Shown here one piece after another: positions 60,591 through 64,000 of a stretch of DNA of 64,000 nucleotides; the first letter of the stretch is position 1, and each line of letters starts with the position of its first letter. The translations under genes were made by a program, and so were the position numbers. Source of the DNA: an uncultured Collinsella sp. (GTDB lineage: Bacteria > Actinomycetota > Coriobacteriia > Coriobacteriales > Coriobacteriaceae); assembly GCA_900544865.1 (NCBI GenBank), contig UQXA01000006.1:8673-72672 (forward strand). Direction: 5' to 3'. The notes under the pieces are model-generated. The model searched no databases, was not told the origin of the DNA, and saw nothing but the letters and a program-made list of their open reading frames with translations.

Positions 60591-61493
60591 CTAAAAACCG
60601 TGACGGCCTAGGAACCTAAAGGCCAGGCGAATCCAAGGACGGACCGCCACCTGCTTATCCTCGTTGTCGACCGCGGTGTTGGCGTTGCCGAGCGAAAGGC
60701 CGTGACCACCTTGGTCAAAGACGTGCATCTCGCAAGGGACGCCCTCCTCTGCCATGCGTTGGGCAAACGGGTAGACCTGCGCGATCGGCGCCGTCTTGTC
60801 GTCGGACACACCCCACACAAAGGTCGGTGGCATCTGACGCGAAACATGCGTGGTGGGGCAGATGTCGGCCAGATGCTCGTCAGTTGCCTCGCCGCCCGTC
60901 ACCATCGACAGGTAGTCGTTGAGCAAATCGCGCCCCGTCTTGCCGCCCGTCTTGGGCACGCGCAAGTCAATGCGCGGATCGCGCGTCTGCATGTCGCGCA
61001 CATAGGCAAAGTCGAGCAATGGATAGCCCAGCACCACGGCATCGGGACGAATGTCGTCCGGACGCGCCCCTGCCAAGCCCGCGAAGGGGCCGGTCTTCCA
61101 CTGTGTTGCCAGCGAGGCGCAAATCATGCCGCCAGCAGAAAAGCCCACGACGCACACGCGCTTGGGGTCGACATGCCACTCGTCGGCATTCGCGCGCACC
61201 GTGGCGACCATCTTGGCAAGATCTGCCTGGGGGTGCGGAAAGCTCACGTCACCCGTGCCACTCGTCACATAGTTGAGCACAAAGGCCTGGTAGCCGCGGT
61301 CCAAAAATGCAAACGCCACCGGGTCCTGCTCGTGCGGAGCGATATGCGTAAACGCACCTCCGCCGCAGATAATCACCGCGGGGCGGCGGCCATTGGGCTT
61401 GTCGGGGAGCGGCTCGGCACCCAAATATGTAAACGTCGCCGGATATTCCTCGGTCGGCTCCTCGCCCCACAGCGCATGGTTCTCGACAATCAT
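60591..61493 (-). CDS. Alpha/beta hydrolase (esterase)
   Basis: CGGGAF, GFSAGG, DKT, GGHG. Confidence 0.88.
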   Translation of the reverse strand: MIVENHALWGEEPTEEYPATFTYLGAEPLPDKPNGRRPAVIICGGGAFTHIAPHEQDPVAFAFLDRGYQAFVLNYVTSGTGDVSFPHPQADLAKMVATVRANADEWHVDPKRVCVVGFSAGGMICASLATQWKTGPFAGLAGARPDDIRPDAVVLGYPLLDFAYVRDMQTRDPRIDLRVPKTGGKTGRDLLNDYLSMVTGGEATDEHLADICPTTHVSRQMPPTFVWGVSDDKTAPIAQVYPFAQRMAEEGVPCEMHVFDQGGHGLSLGNANTAVDNEDKQVAVRPWIRLAFRFLGRHGF

Positions 61494-61736
61494 ATGTGCT
61501 CCCTTCGCGCAAATTATGCGCCCTTGTTTTTCGCCTTCAAGCGTACCCCACTTGAACCCGTGGCGCAGAAACACTCCGGCAATAAGTTTCCCTTCAACTG
61601 ATATATCACATAATCCCAGTTCAGAGGTATCGTTGAGCAGCGTAGAATAGGGGCGTTGACCAAGCCGCGAAACACATGTGAAACGTTTCCGGCAAACCAA
61701 ACGCGCGATATGCGCCTATTTAAGTTGGAGGCAACT

Positions 61737-62300
61737 ATGGGTCTGCTCGATTCGCTTAAGTCCACCTTCACCTCGACCGGCGAGGCGTCCGTTCCGCCCG
61801 CAGCAAGCTTCGCTACCCGCGAAGGCGTCATCTACGCCCCCGTCAACGGCGTGCTCGTCAACCTGGACGAGGTTCCCGACGAGACGATCGCCTCGGGCAT
61901 GCTTGGCCAGGGCTATGGCATCGAGCCCATTACCGGCACCATCTATGCGCCCGCCAACGGCCGCATCGGCGCCACCACTGTCACCAACCACTCCATTGGC
62001 ATGATCACCGAGGACGGTCTTCGCGTGTTCATTCATGTTGGCCTGGGTACCGTGGAAATGAACGGCAAGGGTTTTGCCCGCTTTGTCGAGATGGGCGATG
62101 TGGTCAAGGCAGGCCAGCCGCTCATCAGCTTCGACCGCGAGGCCATTAAGGCCGCTGGTCACGAGGACATCGTGACCGTCATCGTCTCCGAGCTCGACCG
62201 TCTTAAGAGCATCGACCATGTCGGCGAGTCCGGAACGCTTATCGGCGGCAACCCGCTCGTCAAGCTGGGCGACCCGCTGCTGGTGGCCAAGACCAAGTAG
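61737..62300 (+). CDS. PTS glucose-family EIIA component (stand-alone)
   Basis: [26 protein letters not shown]; start after GGAGG. Confidence 0.9.
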   Translation: MGLLDSLKSTFTSTGEASVPPAASFATREGVIYAPVNGVLVNLDEVPDETIASGMLGQGYGIEPITGTIYAPANGRIGATTVTNHSIGMITEDGLRVFIHVGLGTVEMNGKGFARFVEMGDVVKAGQPLISFDREAIKAAGHEDIVTVIVSELDRLKSIDHVGESGTLIGGNPLVKLGDPLLVAKTK

Positions 62301-62481
62301 CCAAGTCCCGCGCCACGCAGCCAAAAGGCACCACGCCAAGCGCCCGCGACCATTTGGCCGCGGGCGCTTTTCGTTTGAAAAACCATCCCGCCAATGCTTT
62401 ATCTGTATAGCTCAAATGAGCCGAGCTGCTAGAATATCGAACTGTATGGATAACTATCATTCAACCGTTATGGGAGGATAC

Positions 62482-63885
62482 GTGAACCGCACCAAAATCG
62501 CGCAGCTCTATGCCGATGCCGAGTCGCTCGGCGGCCAGACCGTCACCGTCGCCGGCTGGGTCAAGTCCGTCCGCGACATGAAGAACTTTGGCTTTGTTAC
62601 GCTCAACGACGGCAGCTGCTTCCGCGACCTGCAGGTCGTCATGAACCGCGAGGCACTCGACAACTACGACGAGATCGCCCATCAAAACGTCTCGGCCGCA
62701 CTCATTTGCACCGGCACCGTCAAGCTGACCCCCGATGCGCCCCAGCCTTTCGAGCTTTCTGCCACCTCCATCGAGGTCGAGGGCACGAGCGCCCCGGATT
62801 ACCCGCTGCAGAAGAAGCGCGCAACCGTCGAGTTCCTGCGCACCCAGCAGCACCTGCGCCCGCGCACCAACCTGTTCCGCGCCGTGTTCCGCATCCGCTC
62901 TGTCGCGGCTGCCGCCATCCACCGCTTCTTCCAGGAGCAGGGCTTTGTCTACGTCAACACCCCCATCATCACCACGAGTGACTGCGAGGGCGCCGGCGAG
63001 ATGTTCCGCGTGACCACGCTCGACCCCAAAAATCCGCCCCTCACCGAGTCCGGCGAGGTCGACTGGAGCCAGGACTTCTTTGGCAAGCATGCAAGCCTCA
63101 CCGTGTCCGGCCAGCTCAATGCCGAGAACTTTGCCATGGCCTTTGGCGACGTGTACACCTTTGGCCCCACCTTCCGTGCCGAGAACTCCAACACCACGCG
63201 CCACGCCGCCGAGTTTTGGATGATCGAGCCCGAGATGGCCTTTGCCGACCTTAACGACTACATGGATAACGCCGAGGCCATGCTCAAGTACGTCCTCAAG
63301 GACGTTATGGCAACCTGCCCCGACGAGCTCAATATGCTCAACAAGTTTGTGGACAAGGGTCTGCTCGAGCGCCTGGACCATGTCGCCAACTCCGACTTTG
63401 CCCGCGTTACCTACACCGAGGCCGTCGAAATCCTGGAGCAGGCCGTCGCCGCCGGTCACAAGTTTGACTATCCCGTGAGCTGGGGCATCGATCTGCAAAC
63501 CGAGCACGAGCGTTTCCTGACCGAGGAACACTTTAAGCGACCGACTTTTGTGACCGACTACCCGGCCGAGATCAAGGCCTTCTACATGCGCATGAACGAC
63601 GACGGCAAGACCGTCGCCGCCGCCGACTGCCTGGTGCCGGGCATCGGCGAGATCATCGGTGGCTCCCAGCGCGAGGAGCGCCTGGATCTGCTCGAGGCCC
63701 GCATCAAGGACCTGGGTATGAATCCCGAGCAGTACAAGTACTACCTTGACCTGCGCCGCTACGGTTCCTGTAAGCACGCCGGCTACGGTCTGGGCTTCGA
63801 GCGCTTGGTCATGTATCTGACCGGCGTGGGCAACATCCGCGACGTCCTGCCGCACCCGCGCACCGTGGGCAACGCCGACTTCTAA
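62482..63885 (+). CDS. asnS: Asparagine-tRNA ligase
   Basis: [34 protein letters not shown]. Confidence 0.97.
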   Translation: MNRTKIAQLYADAESLGGQTVTVAGWVKSVRDMKNFGFVTLNDGSCFRDLQVVMNREALDNYDEIAHQNVSAALICTGTVKLTPDAPQPFELSATSIEVEGTSAPDYPLQKKRATVEFLRTQQHLRPRTNLFRAVFRIRSVAAAAIHRFFQEQGFVYVNTPIITTSDCEGAGEMFRVTTLDPKNPPLTESGEVDWSQDFFGKHASLTVSGQLNAENFAMAFGDVYTFGPTFRAENSNTTRHAAEFWMIEPEMAFADLNDYMDNAEAMLKYVLKDVMATCPDELNMLNKFVDKGLLERLDHVANSDFARVTYTEAVEILEQAVAAGHKFDYPVSWGIDLQTEHERFLTEEHFKRPTFVTDYPAEIKAFYMRMNDDGKTVAAADCLVPGIGEIIGGSQREERLDLLEARIKDLGMNPEQYKYYLDLRRYGSCKHAGYGLGFERLVMYLTGVGNIRDVLPHPRTVGNADF

Positions 63886-63931
63886 TCGTCGGACGCTAGC
63901 TCGCGTCGCCACACGCCAACACTCATCTCAC

Positions 63932-63967
63932 AAGCGTCTCTCGACATCGGTCGAGAGACGCTTTTTT
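63932..63967 (+). terminator. asnS intrinsic terminator
   Basis: AAGCGTCTCTCGAC-loop-GTCGAGAGACGCTTTTTT. Confidence 0.88.
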
Positions 63968-64000
63968 CAACAGCATCCGTCAAGCTTTTGGCAAGTTTTT

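Overview
64-kb core-genome window from a high-GC anaerobic gut actinobacterium (Coriobacteriia, Collinsella-like; inferred from gene content and style). It holds: (i) the start of an anaerobic purine-catabolism-type cluster (NCS2 permease, ssnA, ygfK partial, YheO-type regulator, ridA); (ii) U32/rluA and deoR/oxidoreductase genes; (iii) the rplJL-rpoBC-str-S10-spc superoperon, broken up by inserted genes (galU; an ECF sigma/anti-sigma pair; a 14-kb Firmicutes-type FASII/ACC cluster between rpsJ and rplC), with no tuf and a stop after rplX; (iv) metabolic genes (aminotransferase, UDG-family glycosylase, GH13, MFS, feoA-feoB fusion, GntR/DDAH/ArcD-like locus, esterase, PTS IIA, asnS). I saw no rRNA, tRNA, CRISPR-Cas, integrase or transposase. 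The most unusual signals are non-coding. Four ~140-200 bp palindromic elements have copy-specific arms but a conserved core (AGTCCTG...CACATTAAGTG...CGTGCGGAA) and sit at the breakpoints of the ribosomal cluster; two of them are flanked by a strand-specific G->A codon shift in the neighbouring gene. There are also two periodic arrays of inverted-repeat hairpins and a dispersed GGGGAC REP-like family. In RNA polymerase, beta' carries an alphaCTD-like domain and beta has an insertion in fork loop 2. All calls are by eye; no database searches were run.
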